This document shows positions 13,201 through 27,140 of a stretch of 64,000 nt of DNA, piece by piece. Position 1 is the stretch's first letter. Each line of letters begins with the position of its first letter. The translations under genes were made by a program, and so were the position numbers. The notes under the pieces were generated by a model. The model was not told where the DNA came from. It worked only from the letters and a program-made list of their open reading frames with translations, and ran no database searches. Source of the stretch: Euglena gracilis (Eukaryota); assembly GCA_039621445.1 (NCBI GenBank), contig CP154954.1, forward strand, positions 39,579,816 to 39,643,815, read 5' to 3'.

Positions 13201-16200
13201 AGAGGCCCTGATTTGACTGTTGAAGCCATGTCCCCTACTTATAAACCCCCAGGGTTTATAGGATCCGGTTTGGTTGGTCGGCCGAAGGGGGGGTTATAGG
13301 TCCTGGAATTGTTGGTGAAAATCCGACCCCCCCCCCCAAAATGACTCCGAAACCGCCCGAAATCGGCATTTTTTTTTGGGAAATTTGGTCAAAAATGGCA
13401 TTTTTGGTGATTGTCGGTCTCAAAAAGCTGCCAAAAAATCAGTTTTTGGGTGGCTTGTGGCCGAAAAAATCGTCTCCGGCGGTTTGCATTTTTCTTCCCC
13501 ATGGGGGGGTTATAGGTCCCAGTTTGGTTGGCCGGCCCAAGGGGGGGTTTATAGGGGGGGGGTTTACTGCATTGTAATTTGCATTGTAATTTGGGGACCA
13601 CTGGGGTGGGTATCCAATTTTGGTGAAAATTGGTGCTGTTTTGCAATTAGAGTACCGTAACCATCGCTGGCCGTCTGTTGAAAAGATTGAAAAGAGCTTT
13701 CAATTGAGGTGTAAATTGGTACCCCAACTTTGCACACATCCAGAGATACGCTTGCGATCGTCGTATCGGCCAGAATCAGAGTTGAAATTTGTGGTGATTT
13801 TTGGTCCTCCCTGCAGAAGTGAATTTTCTGTTTAAGTTGATGACCTGAGGGTTCTGGCGAGTATAAAAATTATTAAATTCGGATTTCCCTGGGACAGGAA
13901 ATCAGAGTACTGTGCAGTGTGGCCGAATTTAGTGGTCATCACTGGTCGTCTGATTAACTGAGCTTTTACAGCCGGTTGCGAATGAATGCGTATCCGAGAT
14001 CAAAATAATTGCCACGTTTCTCAACTCTAACCGGTCAATTTTCTCTGAATAACTGCCAATTTTCTCCAAATAACTGCCATTTTTCTCAAAAACAATTGCC
14101 TATTGTGTGAAAATAAATGCCAATTTTCTCATAAAAAATGCCACATGACATTGTGTTTGCAAGGCAAGTTTCTGTTTCACAAGTGTCTCCTTTCTCCGCA
14201 GATGTCGAATACCATGCCCCCCCCCCCCCCGAGCTAACCCCCCCTGGGCTATTCCCAGGGACGGGAATAGCTCAATGTCATACATTCCCCCCCCCCTTGT
14301 CCTTGACACGCCTTGTCCATGACACACCCCCCGTGTCAACCGCACTTTTCCCGTACCTAAAAAGAGTAAAGTATTTTTGACACACTTCACGTCTCTGGAG
14401 CTTATTGGTTGCCATTTTCTGCACGCTTTGAACTCATCTTCTTTTGAGTTTGGTGATTTAGTGAGATGTGAGCACTCCAATGGAGTTATTGTTGATGCTA
14501 TGGTGATTGGGCCCTCAAACCGAGGTCCAGATTACTTGGCCATCATTTGCTGCATGTTTCGTGGTACGGTTCCCATGACACGGCGTGTCCATGACACACC
14601 CCCTGTGTCAACCGCACTTTCCCCGTACTTTGGCGTGTCAAGGACAAGGGGGGGGAATGTAGCACTTTTTATGAAGAAGCTTCCGAAAAAGGGTTCAAAA
14701 ATTGACGTTTTTGGACGTTTTCACAAATTCCTTTTGGCAAATGTGCTGGAAATCGACCATTTTTGTGAACATCCAAAAAAGTTGCTAAAATGATCCTTTT
14801 TGACTGTCCAAGGTTTGGGAATGGGAACACCTTGGGGGGCGCAGGTCCCCAGGTGTCCCCCCCCCCCAATGTTCCCATATTGGGCCATAAAGGGTCCGGG
14901 GGACCAGAATGGCTCGGGGGGGGGGGGCATGGTAATGCTCGTCATGGGTTCAATGTGTTGGCCAGGGATTTGCTTACTCTTGTGACGGGGCTGTCAGGTG
15001 ACTCTCTTTGACTGGGGGTGGTGCGGGTCATGGGGGGGTGTCACGGGAGGGGTCACAAGGTCATGGGGGAACACCACATTATCGGCGGCCGAATTAGGAA
15101 TCACCAAACCCAAAATTTTGGAAGAATTTTCCATAAATTCGGATGAATTGAATGAATTGAATTGCGCTGTTCCAATTTGGAAAAGCAAGTTGAATTTATG
15201 GCTGGCACAGCAGAAACGATCCAGGTCGTGAACGTTGCCAATGCATCTGCGACTAGCGTTGCTGCTGCACTCCCTCCACTTTGATAGATTCCCTCTGATC
15301 TTTCTTTGGTGGGACCTCAAGTATCATTGTGAATTTTTCTGCAGCGAGCAGGTGTTCCCTCCAACCGGGATGGTGCGCTTCTTTCTCGGGTCTGGCATTT
15401 TATTGTGAGACAAGTGGAATTTAGGTTTGAGAAAATTGTGGCCGGGTTTTGAGTCAATGGAAATAATTTTGAGACGGGTGGCCATTCTTTTTGTGATCGA
15501 TCGCAGTGTACAATGAGACAGGCGGCAGTTCATCATGAGACAGTGAGCCGTTATTTTTGCAACTGGCTGTAATTGAAGGGTGAATTTGCACCTGAACGAT
15601 TGACACAGCCGGAGATGCGCTCGCGATCGTCAGATTTTGGCGAAAGCCAAATTTAAAAAAAAAATCCAAAGTGGCTCAGCATTGCAGATCAATGGTCAGA
15701 GTTTGGTCCTGGGAGTGCCTTTTGACCGAAGGTTGGGAACGCTGGTTCTGTCGTGAATTTGGTGGCCCAAAACGCCGCCTTAAGAAAGGGGAGGACGCCG
15801 GTTTTGTAGTGAATCTTGCATCCCAGACGCCCGGTTTCTGTCTTTCGGACAGAACCGGTCGTCTGGGACGCTGGGTTAACAGAAACGGCCCCCCCCTTTC
15901 TGATATAGATTCAGCAAGGGAAAGCGGGGGATTTTCTCAACCAAGGGGACCCCATCCATACATGGGGGGTCCATACACGGACATAGGACATCCATACACG
16001 GGGTGGGGGGGGGGGGGGTGGGGCGGCTGCAGCCAGCCCCGATTTGGGCCCAGCCCAGCCGCAGCAGCCCCCCCCCGGGGGGGGGGGGTGCTGCTAGCCC
16101 AGCTAGCCAGCCCCTTTTTGGGGGGTCCAGCCCAAAATTTTTCGGCGCGAAGCGCCGAAATTTTTTGAAAAACTGTGTGGAAAAGTGGCCAAAAATGGGG

Positions 16201-17353
16201 TTTGGGGGGCGTTTGGGGCATTTTTGGGGGGTTTCAGATGCATCATTTTTTCAAAACTGTGTTTTGCAGGTCATTTTTGGGCATTTTTCCGATTTCAGTC
16301 CAGCTCGCCCTGGTTCGGGTCCAGCCGGGGGCCAGCCCCCCCCCCCCCCCCCGGGGGGGGGGGCTAGCTAGCCCAAATTTCTAGCTAGCCCAAATTTCTA
16401 GCCCTAGCCCAGCAACCCCCCCCCGGGGTCCTTAAAGAGATGTATGACCCCATCTCCAGGGGGGAGGGTCCAGCCAGCCAGCAACTCAAAACCAGCCAGC
16501 AGCCCAAATCGGGGCTGGGAGTCCCCCCCCCCCCCAGGGTCGAGTGAAATAACGTTGGGTCCAGCCCGTCCTGAGGCCAGGCCAGCCAGCCGCAGGCTGG
16601 CCAGCCAACTGGGCTGCCCGGCTCACCTATCCCTGCATTTTTTTCCCCTCATCACAGCTTCCTCGCCCCCAATTTCTGGCACATACACTTGTGTGTGTGT
16701 GTGTGTGTGTGTGTGTGGTGCGGTGCTCTCGTCCCATCCATAGACTAGGTGTGAGTCAGTAAGTGGGCTGTTCCTCCAGTTCCGATCCAGCCTGCATCTA
16801 GCTCCATCCATCAAATGTCGAGAAGGCAAAAATGTTTAGAAAATTTTGTTTTTCATCAGCCCAGCCCAGCACAGCCGCCTCCAGCCCCGGATTCCCCCCC
16901 CCCCCATCCCCTTGGGGGGTCCAGCCAGCAGCTCGTTTCCAGCCAGCAGCCTTTTTTTCCAGCCGGAGGCTGGACCCCCCCCCCCCAAGGGTCCTTAAGA
17001 AATCCCCTGACGGAAAGCATGAGGTTTGCCGAAAATTGAAAATCACCTTTGACAGTAAATTTTGCTTTAAACGATTTTTTTGAACCTATTTTTTTGCCAA
17101 CCAACGGGAACCAAACTGTTGTAAAATGTGACACAAAGCTTTTGAAGTAGCCCTCGGTGGGGGACAATTGGAACAGGACAACCCTGTGTTGGGGGATGCA
17201 AATGGAAAACGGCAATCGGTGAACTGGATAAAATATTGGATCATTTTTCAAGTGTGAGATTGAAGCAAGCGTTCCAGGAAAAGAACAGAAACGATGCATT
17301 TTAATCAGAGAACCGGGAATGTGATCCACCATCTGAGAAGGTGTGGGTGGCTG

Positions 17354-19337
17354 CAGGCATTATTTTTTTTAAGGCGAAATTTCTCAAAAAATTTTAAGGC
17401 GTTTTTTAAGGTTTTTTAAGGTTTTTTAAGGTTTTTTGACGATTTTTAAAAAATTTTAAGGTTTTTTAAGGCATTTTTTTCTCATCTAAAATGTCAGATC
17501 CCGAAAATGGCCCGATGGCTTCAGACTCCTCTGTGGCTTTGGAACGCTCAAGGAAGAAGCCAATGGCGAAGCATGGGGATCAGGGCGGTCCATGAGGGAC
17601 AGTTATTGTCAACAGGCAAGCAAATGTCCTGAATAGGGTCAGAAATTTAAAAAATTTAAAGTAATTGCAATGAAAAAAAAATGGATGGTTTCGAGTTTCG
17701 AGTTTCGAGGTGACCCACTCTGTATCCCATGCAACAACGTGTTGAGCAATGTGTATGGCGGCACACTGCATGGACACGCTTTTGGTATTGCTCACATGAA
17801 AAAAGTTTGATTATTTTCTCGGTGTTCATGAGGCTATCACAAAATCCTTGCACCTTAGCCAACGCGGATTCAATGTTACCAACATCCTGTTACAACTTTT
17901 TGTGCAAATTGGTCATGGTGGCCTTGATTCCGCGAATATCCGGTGTGGGTGCCCGGGTTGCCGCATTTCGGGTCCGCAAATCCACGATTGTGGTTCGGAT
18001 ATCCACTGTGTCATTATGCCACTGTTGTTGCAAATTCTCAATCCTGCTTGCCATATTCGAGATTTTGGGTGTGAAAGCTTGCAAATTCAGCAGGAATTTC
18101 TCCACAATGGCAAGATTTCTGCTCCAAACGAGAAAGTCTTTCTTCCAACCGCTGCACATAAGTGCGGGGATCAAAATTTTCGCATGCTTGGGCAAGAAAG
18201 TGGGAAAAATTCGCGGAATCACCGCCAGGGCAGAACGGGAATCGGCCGAACAGCCAGGGTGGTGGGTCGACCCCCCCCACCACCTCCCGTATCTCCGGGA
18301 GCACCAATTTTTGGACCCGAAAAAAATTTCCTGCGCCGGGTGTTTTTTTTGACCCATTTTGGGACCCGTATCCCCCCCCCCCCCCCCCGAAAACTACCCA
18401 AAATCCCATTTTTTCACACCTTCCAAAAATTCGACATTTTCTCAAAATGTTGATTTTGAGAGGTTTCGGAAGCAAAAAAAAATGCCGTTGAAAGTCCAAA
18501 AGAGTTCAACGAGAAAAAATGTCAGTAAAATTTGACTGTGCCAAAATTCCGTCCACTTTTTTTGACCTTCGTTTTTTCACCCCCCCCCCTAAAAAGTACC
18601 AGTTTTTAGGACGGAAATTTTTGAGATTTTTTGTGAAAAAAAAAACGTGGTTTTTCATCGAAAAATCATGTGTTTTGGGTTCATTTTTCAAAGAAGTTTC
18701 AAAAAAATCTTCTGGCCAAAATCCTCGTTTTCCCGAAATTGGTGAAAATGCTGTGGTGGGTGGGGGGGGGTCGACCCCCACACCAGGCCTTCCCGTTCTG
18801 CCCTGATCACCGCTCAACTGGAGACCGCGCTTGAAATGCTGTGGCAAGTGTGGAAGCGTAGTAAATTGTCCCAAATCGTGATTTTTTGTTGTTCATGCAA
18901 CTTTTGCTGCAATTGCATTGCTGCAATTTGGGTTGACTCCTCAAGTAATTCAAATCAAGGAAGGTGTGGTTGCAAGTTTTGCTTTTTCTGGCCATGTGTC
19001 ACAGCCTTTGGTGAACCGAGGCCAACCGAACTATGCCAGAAACCTTGGCAAACAATCCGATTTTCATATTGTTTGTTCACAACCACTTCTGCATTGACTG
19101 GCTTTATGCGGGGTTTCAGACATGCCATTATTTGTTTGGTGCAAGAAAAAAATTTTTCAGGGAGAATTTTTAAGGTTTTTTAAGGTCATCACAGGGAAGA
19201 AAAACTTCCACGGGGTGATTTTTTTAAGGTTTTTTAAGGGTTTTTAAGGTTTTTTAAGGCATTTTGGCAAAAAAAATTTAAGGTTTTTTAAGGTTTTTTA
19301 AGGTTTTTTAAGGCGCCTTAAAAAATAATAATGCCTG
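17354..19337. mobile_element. 1984-bp hAT-like non-autonomous DNA transposon
   Basis: 23/24-bp TIR caggcattat...taaggcg. Perfect 8-bp TSD ggtggctg (17346-17353, 19338-19345). The empty site is present in copy 1 near 10538. Subterminal TTAAGGTTTT arrays. Confidence 0.93.
18226..18805. mobile_element. 580-bp hAT MITE nested in 17354-19337
   Basis: 16-bp TIR cagggcagaacgggaa and perfect 8-bp TSD atcaccgc. A related end occurs at ~25715-25760. Confidence 0.92.
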
Positions 19338-20150
19338 GGTGGCTGACCCCAAACATTGGGGTGGGGCACTAGAAAGTCGATCGAAGGGTGTGGTCAAAGG
19401 GGGGGGGGTTAGCTCTAACCCAGGGATAAGAGCTCAGCGACCTCCCTAATTCTCCCCCAATTGCGATTAGGGGGCAATTGGACAACCCCGCGAGGCTGTA
19501 GGGGTGTCGCTAAAGTCAGGGTCTGTGCCACCAGGTTCATGACAGAACGCCGGCTCTGTTGTGAACCCGGCGGCCGCCACCACACAAAGGCGAGGATGGT
19601 AACGTGCCCCCCCCCCTCTATTTGGCCCCCCCTTCTGGCCAATTTGGGTGGGGGACAATTAGGGGGATGCCCCCCCAACCCAGCGTCACCCCGATGAAAT
19701 TCCCCATTGGGCAGCCAAAATTCCTGAAATTTGAGGGGGGGAATACACAGTGGTTTTTTGGGTCGCTTGCAGATTTTGGCCTCTGTAAAGAGGATTGTTT
19801 TTTAAATTGAAAAACATGCCACAGAAAGCATGAGAAAGTGAATACAAAGTTCAAAAATGGATGGTGTTGCTGGATTCCTCACAGAAACCACCAATGTCAG
19901 CACAGCCGCTTGTCATCGAAACCAGTGTCCAGAACAACAGTTCGAGTGTGATACCAGCATGTAAGGGTCTCAACTGAAAAGAGTAAAAAAAAAAGTGACC
20001 AAAATGGTCATAGAATGGTTATCGTATCTTTTGCATGGTCACAGGATGTGGTTATCGTATCTTTTGCAATTTTGGGGGTGTTTTGGCCTGCAATTATGGC
20101 TCTGGCTTCACGGTCCGAACTGGCATTCAAGGAATCACGGCCAATTTCGC

Positions 20151-21934
20151 CCCAAATACCCATTTTTTGCACATATTTTACATCGAGAACCGCCGTCTGG
20201 GGCACAGTCTTTGAAACTGTTGCCAGGGGGCTCCGGCTTCACGCCCGAACTGGCGTCTGAGGAATCACGGCCAATGGCCCCAAATGTCCATGTTTGGGAC
20301 ACGTTTGGGCGATTTTGGTCCGAATCAGTCACCGATCGAAATTGGTGAATTTCACAAGCAGGATGTCATGTTACCGATCAATCGAAAGCTCTTCTCAAGG
20401 GCAGATGGTCACAGATTTCAGCCAAAAGCACAGAGCTCTTAGTTTCAGCGATTGCATGTTCCAAAACTTGACATATTTATTTGCCAAATCCCACAGTTTT
20501 TTAGGTGCTGTATTGGTTCCGGTGCTATATTGCATGTCAATTGAAAGCTGTCCAGAAGGTTTTCCACTTGATACCAAAATCTGCAGACATAACATAATTT
20601 TGTCAGATTTTTTCTTCGGTATCATGTGGGGCTGTTTGGGCAATTTTGGCGGCACTTTGATTGAAGACAATTTTTGGCGGTGGCCAACAATGTCCCAAAG
20701 TGCGCCTGTGCACAATATTTCATCAGGTATTTTCGGAAATTTTGGTATTTTTTTTTGGGCAGAAACTGCGTAACATTTTTATTGCAGCAAGGGGGATCCT
20801 GCATGGCGCGGGTAAATTGAAGCGGTGAAGGGTCGGCGGGGGGGGGGGGGGTCTGGGGAATGCAGCGACAAAGTTGAGAGATAAATCATTTCACCGCCCA
20901 AAGGGTGCTGAGGCGGTATCCACTTTTCAAGTTTCAAATGAAATGGTCCAAAGCTGAACTCTTACCAATTTGTATACCATTTTTTGAAATTTTGCAGGCA
21001 GAACACGCCAGAAACAGCATTACACAAGAAATTTCTTTCCATTGCTCTCGAAATGGAGACAAATGCATCATGAACCTTTTTTTGATTGAAAAAAAGTGTA
21101 AATGGGCTGAAAATAAATTGAAACGGTGTCTAGTTCACGCCTGAACCAGTGCGTGGAGGACCCAAAATATAAAGTGCCAAAAAGTGTCCAAAATGCTTTG
21201 AAGACATGTAGTAAACATGTCTGAGCAGTGTTTGGGGTCTTCGACCAGAAATTAGGTTTGTTTGTGCAATAATTCCCTTGTGCAAATTTTGGGAATTTCT
21301 GTAACAAGACTGCCATGCAAAATGGCTGAAATATGAACTTATGTGCTGAAACCCCTTGAGAAGTGCTTTCGATCGAGGGGCAACTTGGCAGGTGAAAAGT
21401 TGAATTTGGAATTTGCGAACAGGGTCGAAACATATGCGGTCTGCCATTTTCAGAGCGCTGTGAAGTGTGGCTGAGTTCTGTTGGTATTAAGCGAAAGGTC
21501 TTGTGGACAGCTTTCAATTGACATGCAATATAGCACCGGAACCAATACAGCACCTAAAAAACTGTGGGATTTGGCAAATAAATATGTCAAGTTTTGGAAC
21601 ATGCAATCGCTGAAGCTAAGAGCTCTGTGCTTTTGGCTGAAATCTGTGACCATCTGCCCTTGAGAAGAGCTTTCGATTGATCGGTAACATGACATCCTGC
21701 TTGTGAAATTCACCAATTTCGATCGGTGACTGATTCGGACCAAAATCGCCCAAACGTGTCCCAAACATGGACATTTGGGGCCATTGGCCGTGATTCCTCA
21801 GACGCCGGTTCGGGCGTGAGGCCGGAGCCCCCTAGAAACGTTTCCTAAAACCAGAAAACTAGAAACGGTTTCAAAGGCTGTGTCCCAGACGCCGGTTCTC
21901 GATATAAAACATGTGCAAAAAATGAGTATTTGGG
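20151..21934. mobile_element. long inverted-repeat (fold-back) structure, ~400 bp arms
   Basis: 20151-20552 is the reverse complement of 21506-21934. In copy 1 the right arm is cut at the duplication junction (12754). Related sequence lies at ~2560-3090. Confidence 0.75.
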
Positions 21935-22199
21935 ACACAGTTCTCAGTGTAAATTTTCATAGATGCTGGAAATTATTTTTTTTTTGAGATGCAACGTCAT
22001 TATCTAGTGACCAAGAATTTTTCTTTCCAAACCTGAACATGCCCCCAAACCTATATCGAACCCTGGGGCCGGTCTCGCCGACTGGACTGGACCCGGCTAG
22101 TCGGAAAATGACAAAAACAAGCCAAAATCCCATGCGAGTTTAAATTCAACCAAGAAAAATTCAAAAAAATTGGTGAAAATATTTCTTCAAACAGTCAAA

Positions 22200-23260
22200 G
22201 ATAGCATTTTCCACCATTGCCAACGCCCTTTTTCAAAGAAACTTGTCGATTGCTTGCAGCTGGCTTGGAATGCCAACTAATTGTTGCTGAGCTGCTCAAG
22301 GCGGAGCAGCCATTGTTGAGCCAGTCAGGTGTCGGGCAGCTGTGCCTCAGCACGAGAGCCTAATCAATCGCCAATTGGGGGGGGGGGCTTTTTGAGCCAG
22401 CACGTTTATCAATGCCCTTGCCATTTTTTGGGCTCTTTCCCACCACTTTCGGCCATGATGCGCGCAATCAGAAAAATCAGTGGGTGTTTTTCAAGCGCAG
22501 GGTGGGCCTCCATGGCCTCCATGCACCAACTGCGGACAACCATCTAACGTGTTTTGAAAACGGCATTCCTTGCTATGTCAAACAGGGAAACATGGGAAAT
22601 GACGTCCGCCTCGTTTTTCAGGAGTTTCTTTCGTCACCATACTGAAGTGCGAGTTTGGCCTGATGTTTTGCTGGACAGTTCGATTTCTGAACGCATGGCA
22701 GCCAGACTGCTTCCTGCCCTGTATTTGTTGTTTGTGTTTTTTTAGGAGGTAGGTCTTTTCTTTCCCTCCTGTCTGAATTCATTGTCGATTGTGGTGTTTT
22801 GTTCACCTGTCACAGACCCTTCCCCAAGTGGTGGAGTAGGCTTTTGAGATTCTCACCCCCAAGTTACTGCTGGAGCGACAGCAGAAGGAAGTCAATCGGT
22901 TGAACCTTTCTGATTTTGCTCTTCTGTTCATTCAGAGTGTTGTCTGTTTTAAACTTCAAGCCAAAATGCCCAAATAAATCTGTTTTCTTTTTTTTGCAAT
23001 GTTCATGAAGCCAAGTATCATAAAAATGCGGCTCAAAAGCATTTCGTCATAAAAGGGACGACATTGTTTCTCACCTGAATCTGGAAAATTTAACGACAGT
23101 GGTGCCGAAGCGGGCAGAATCAGTGCCAGGCTAGCCGGCTTCAGGACAGATTGGCGTCACGAACCTTTCATCAAAGGTGTGAATGGAAACATCGGGCAGA
23201 CATGCGGAATGAACTTTGTGATGAATATTGTTTTGAGGCCATCGTTTCCCAAGACCAGAC
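22200..23260 (-). pseudogene. possible highly decayed hAT transposase
   Basis: Minus-frame pieces KTDNTLN, SGCHA and LPDT*LAQQWLLRLEQLSNN occur in the order of hAT TDNAxN, CxxH and PxxTRW motifs. Many stops. Confidence 0.3.
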
Positions 23261-23313
23261 ATAGGGGAGGGGGGATCAATGAGAAATTCCTCCAGCAGCA
23301 TCATCGGTCCCAA

Positions 23314-23998
23314 CAGGGGTTTTTTTTAGTCTTGGACCCCAAGGGGCCCCCCCCCCCCCCAGGGGGGATCCCCCCAGAGGGGGGTGGTATATTTTTGGCA
23401 CCAAAATTTTTTGAAAAGGTGCTATTTTCAGCATTTTCGCGATTTTTGGCTCTTTCGGAGAAAAGTGGGTTGGGCCCAGGGTTCGATATAAGGAGGGCGA
23501 ACATGGTTTAGGTGGGGGGGTGTCCCCCCCCCCCCCCCCCCCCTCCTGGCCCGCAGGGGGGGGGTCCGGACCACCCCCCCCCCCACCTGCAAGGGGGGTC
23601 CGGACCGACCCTCGGGGGGGACCCGGGACCCCCCCCCCAAAAAGGGTCAATTTTTTCCTCCGGCGCTTCGCGCCGAAAATTTTTTGCATTTTTGGCCAAT
23701 TTTTGCCCAAAAAGTGCCCCAAATGGCACTTTTGGTCGTTTTGGGGGTCAAAAATTTTCGGCCCGGCGCTTTGCGCCGGGCCGAAAATCGGTCACCCTGA
23801 CCGCGCCACTGTTTAGGTGGGGGGGTGTCCCCCCCACCCCCCCCCCCCCCAACCCGCAGGGGGGGGCGGGCCCCCCCTCCTCTCCTTATATCGAACCCTG
23901 GTTGGGCCACCGGGGACCCCCCCCCGGGCGCCCCGGCCCCCCCCAGGGGGTGGGTGGGTGGGGGGACCCCCTCCCCTTGGTCTTAAAAAAAACCCCTG
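23314..23998. mobile_element. hAT-like MITE containing nested MITE 23477-23900
   Basis: Outer ends caggggttttttt / aaaaaaacccctg with TSD (g)gtcccaa. Inner TIR cagggttcgatataagga with perfect TSD gttgggcc. A diverged inner-family copy lies at 25071-25384. Confidence 0.8.
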
Positions 23999-26155
23999 GT
24001 CCCAAAGCCATCACCCCCAATCAAATGCATTGAGAGATTCCTCCAGCGGCATCGGTCCCAAAGCCATCGTTGCAAAGCCACATGGAGCTTGGCCTGCATT
24101 TACTGACCCCTGGGGGGGGGGACGCTGAAGGAATTTCCTGGAGGGAAGCAGATTGGGGTTTGCCATCAGGGGTTTTCTTAAGCCGGAGGGGACCCCATCC
24201 TCGGGGGGGGGGGGTCCAGCCAGCCAGCAGCTCAAATCCAGCCAGCAGCCCAAATTCGGGCTGGGAGCCCCCCCCCCCAGGGGGTTCGAGTGAAATAAAG
24301 TTGGGTCCAGCCGGAGGCCGGACCAGGGCTGGTCAGCCAAATGGGTTGCCCAGCTCATCCCTGCATTTTTTCAGTAAGTAGGCTGTTCCTCCAGTCCCGA
24401 TGCAGCCTTGATCTAGCTCCATCCGGCAAAATGTCAAAAATTGCAAAAAAAATCAGAAAATTTTGTTTTTCATCGACCCCCAGCCCCCTCCAGCCCCGGA
24501 CTCGGGACTACCACGCTGCTCCCCAACTGCACTGTTTGCAGTGGTTCTGCGTTAGGTCGTTGCTTTGGCCGGAGGCACCACAACTGGGGGGAGGGAGGGG
24601 GTCCAGCCAGCCAGTGGCCTTTTTTTCCAATGTGCAGGCGGCTAGGTGGTGACAGGGTTTTCTGCCTTGGGGGTCCCAAAGAGGCCAGGGGTCGACTTGC
24701 AATGATATGGATCGGATCGACCTCTTCACCAAAGCTCAATTTGCGTAAAATATTTTTCTACGCCGGGACCTGCCGAGAGAACATATTTTCCTCCAACGTT
24801 TCAACGCCTTTTGCGCATCGTTGCTGCCTGCTCTTTGCTGATTTCAATGCCCCCCCCCCCCCCGGGTTTCAACCCTTTTTTTGCTGTTTGTTCGGTTGAA
24901 AATGAGTTGGGGTTGTCCCACCCACAGGTTCATTTAACACTTGTGTGGTGGATTGGTTTTTTTTTTGTGCGTGGGTGGGTGGGTTAGGACCGCTGGGGGG
25001 GCGGGGGGCACGTGTCCGGTCCGGCCGAAGTCCGGGCCAGAAGAATTTCAGCCGATTTTGGGTGAGGTGCCAGGGTTCGATGTAAAGAGGGCGCACGGGG
25101 TGTGGGTGGGGGGTGTCTCCACACCCGCCTAAGTCAAATTTTCCCTTCTGGCGCTTTGCACCGAATTTTTTTTTTGCATTTTTGGCAATTTTTTTGCCCA
25201 AAATGTGCCCAAAATGGCACTTTTGGCCATTTTTGAGGGTCAAAAATTTCCGGCCTGGATCTTTGTGCCGGCCTGAAAATCAGTCACCAGGACTGCGCCA
25301 CTGTTCAGGTGGGAGGGTCCCCCCCCCCCTGCAAGCCGGAGGGGGGGTCCGGACCAACCCCACCTGCACTTATATTGAACCCTGGGGGTCGTGCCTGTGT
25401 GGGTTTTTGGAAAAAGTGGGTGTCACCAAGTGAATACATGGTCCCACCAAGATGTGCCAAGCAAGCACCTATGAAATGACTGGGCATGATTGGGTGTGAC
25501 CAGCATCAAGTGAGCAGTCGTTTTTGTGGAAGGGGGGGTCCGACCCCTTTGGAGGGAGGGGGTCCAGACCATCACCCTCCCCCTTTCAGACTGAGGGGGG
25601 GGGTCCGGGAACAACAAAAATTCCGGCATAATTTTGGGTGTAAGTTTTTCCGTTTTTATTTCAAAAAAAGTGCGGAAACTTTTTCACACACTTTTCCACT
25701 TTTTCACACCATGCAGGGGGGGTCGACCGTGGCTGTTTCGCCGATTCCCGTACTGCCTTGGGTGGGGGGGGCAGGCCTCAGCAAACAAGCCAGGCAATGC
25801 GGACCATTCGGGCTCCGCACTGCGAGATGGTGAGGTCCTGCTTTCCTTGCCGGCTGTTCTGTTCTGGTGTGTTTGTGCGTGCGCGGGGGGTGCTTCTTAC
25901 TGTTTTTTGTTGCCGGAGTTGGCTGATTCCTATTTCTGCCCTTCGACCTCAAGGAGAAAGATTTTACTTCTACGAGTTCAAGTGGAATTGTTTTTCGAGG
26001 AGTACGACCTTCCCGAGAACCAATACTCTTACCTACTGGTGGACCGAACTTTCTTCGGAACTTCAACTTCCTGAAGGAAGAATTCATACGCCTCGAGTTC
26101 AACTGGAACAAGAAATTCAAGAACAAGAGCAAGAAACACAACAACCTGGACTTCC

Positions 26156-27140
26156 ATGAAGAATGAATTTCAAAGAAACTATGAATTTCAAGAAGAACTG
26201 CAAAGAACTTCCAAGAAGTCAGCTGAAGCTGAGGAAGGTGGAGTCACAGCAGCCGCTGCAGAAGCTGGAGGGGCGGCAGCAACCCCCCCACCCCCCAACG
26301 CTTCAGAGTTTTCAAAATCCCCCTCTCAACATGAGAATGGCCATGGACCATGGACAACTGTGGTCAGGAAGACAAGAAGACAGAAGGGGAATACCATCAC
26401 AGGTCCAACAAACTACCCCCTCTTTTCTATGTCCACCCCCTTCCAGGGGACAAGTCACAGGCTATGGCAGCCTTCCAACAAATATCAGAAATCCAAAGGA
26501 TTCAAGTCATCATGGCTATGGCAGCCATCATTCAAAAGGACCTGGGGTTCAAATTCAAGGCTATGGAAGCCATTATTCAAGAGGGGGGGGCCCAGGGGCA
26601 AGGCTATGGCAGCCAGTACCCCAGCCTGGAGAGATCTCATTGGGGAAAGGTATGTCCAACTTTCCCCCCAGCAATTTCAAAAACAAACCCCCCAGGAGCA
26701 ACAAACCACTGCCAAAAACAGGCCATGGTGGCCTATATGGGGAATCCAGAAGGACAAAGAAGAGAAAGTCCTGGAAAGAGGGCCAATGGAGGCCAAGCAG
26801 GCCTGTGTGCCACTGGAGGCCAAAGGGCCCTGAAGGCAAATGGTGGCCAACACCAGGAAGGCCAGCCACACCACATCAGCCCTTGGGGGGGAGGCCCAAG
26901 ATTGGCTCAAGAAGGCCCCCCCCAGAAAATAATCAGCCCAGCATTATATATACCCACTCACAACAGGCACAGACCTTCCCCCATCATTCCAAAACAGGGG
27001 GAAAGCCTGTCTTTGAGAAGCCCTATGGCAGGGCCAGCTTCAGCCCCAGTGATGGGGCAGCCAGGGATGACCCCAGTGATGGGGAAACCTGGGGGAGGGA
27101 CCCCAGTGATGGGGCCAGTGGAATCCCCAGACACATTACA
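26156..27140 (+). CDS. DIRS gag-like/ORF1 low-complexity region (true frame uncertain)
   Basis: All three frames are largely open, with short tandem units ggctatggcagcc and ccccagtgatgggg. Lies upstream of RT. Confidence 0.45.

Larger units (their letters stand above)
12755..21554 (+). repeat. copy 2 of tandem duplication, carrying an extra ~2 kb hAT insertion
   Basis: Matches 5957-12754 apart from 17354-19345. Confidence 0.95.

Noticed and set aside
2000-25700. Numerous 60-250 aa Gly/Pro-rich ORFs
   Set aside because: They arise from G/C homopolymer-rich MITE sequence and change frame between the duplicated copies.
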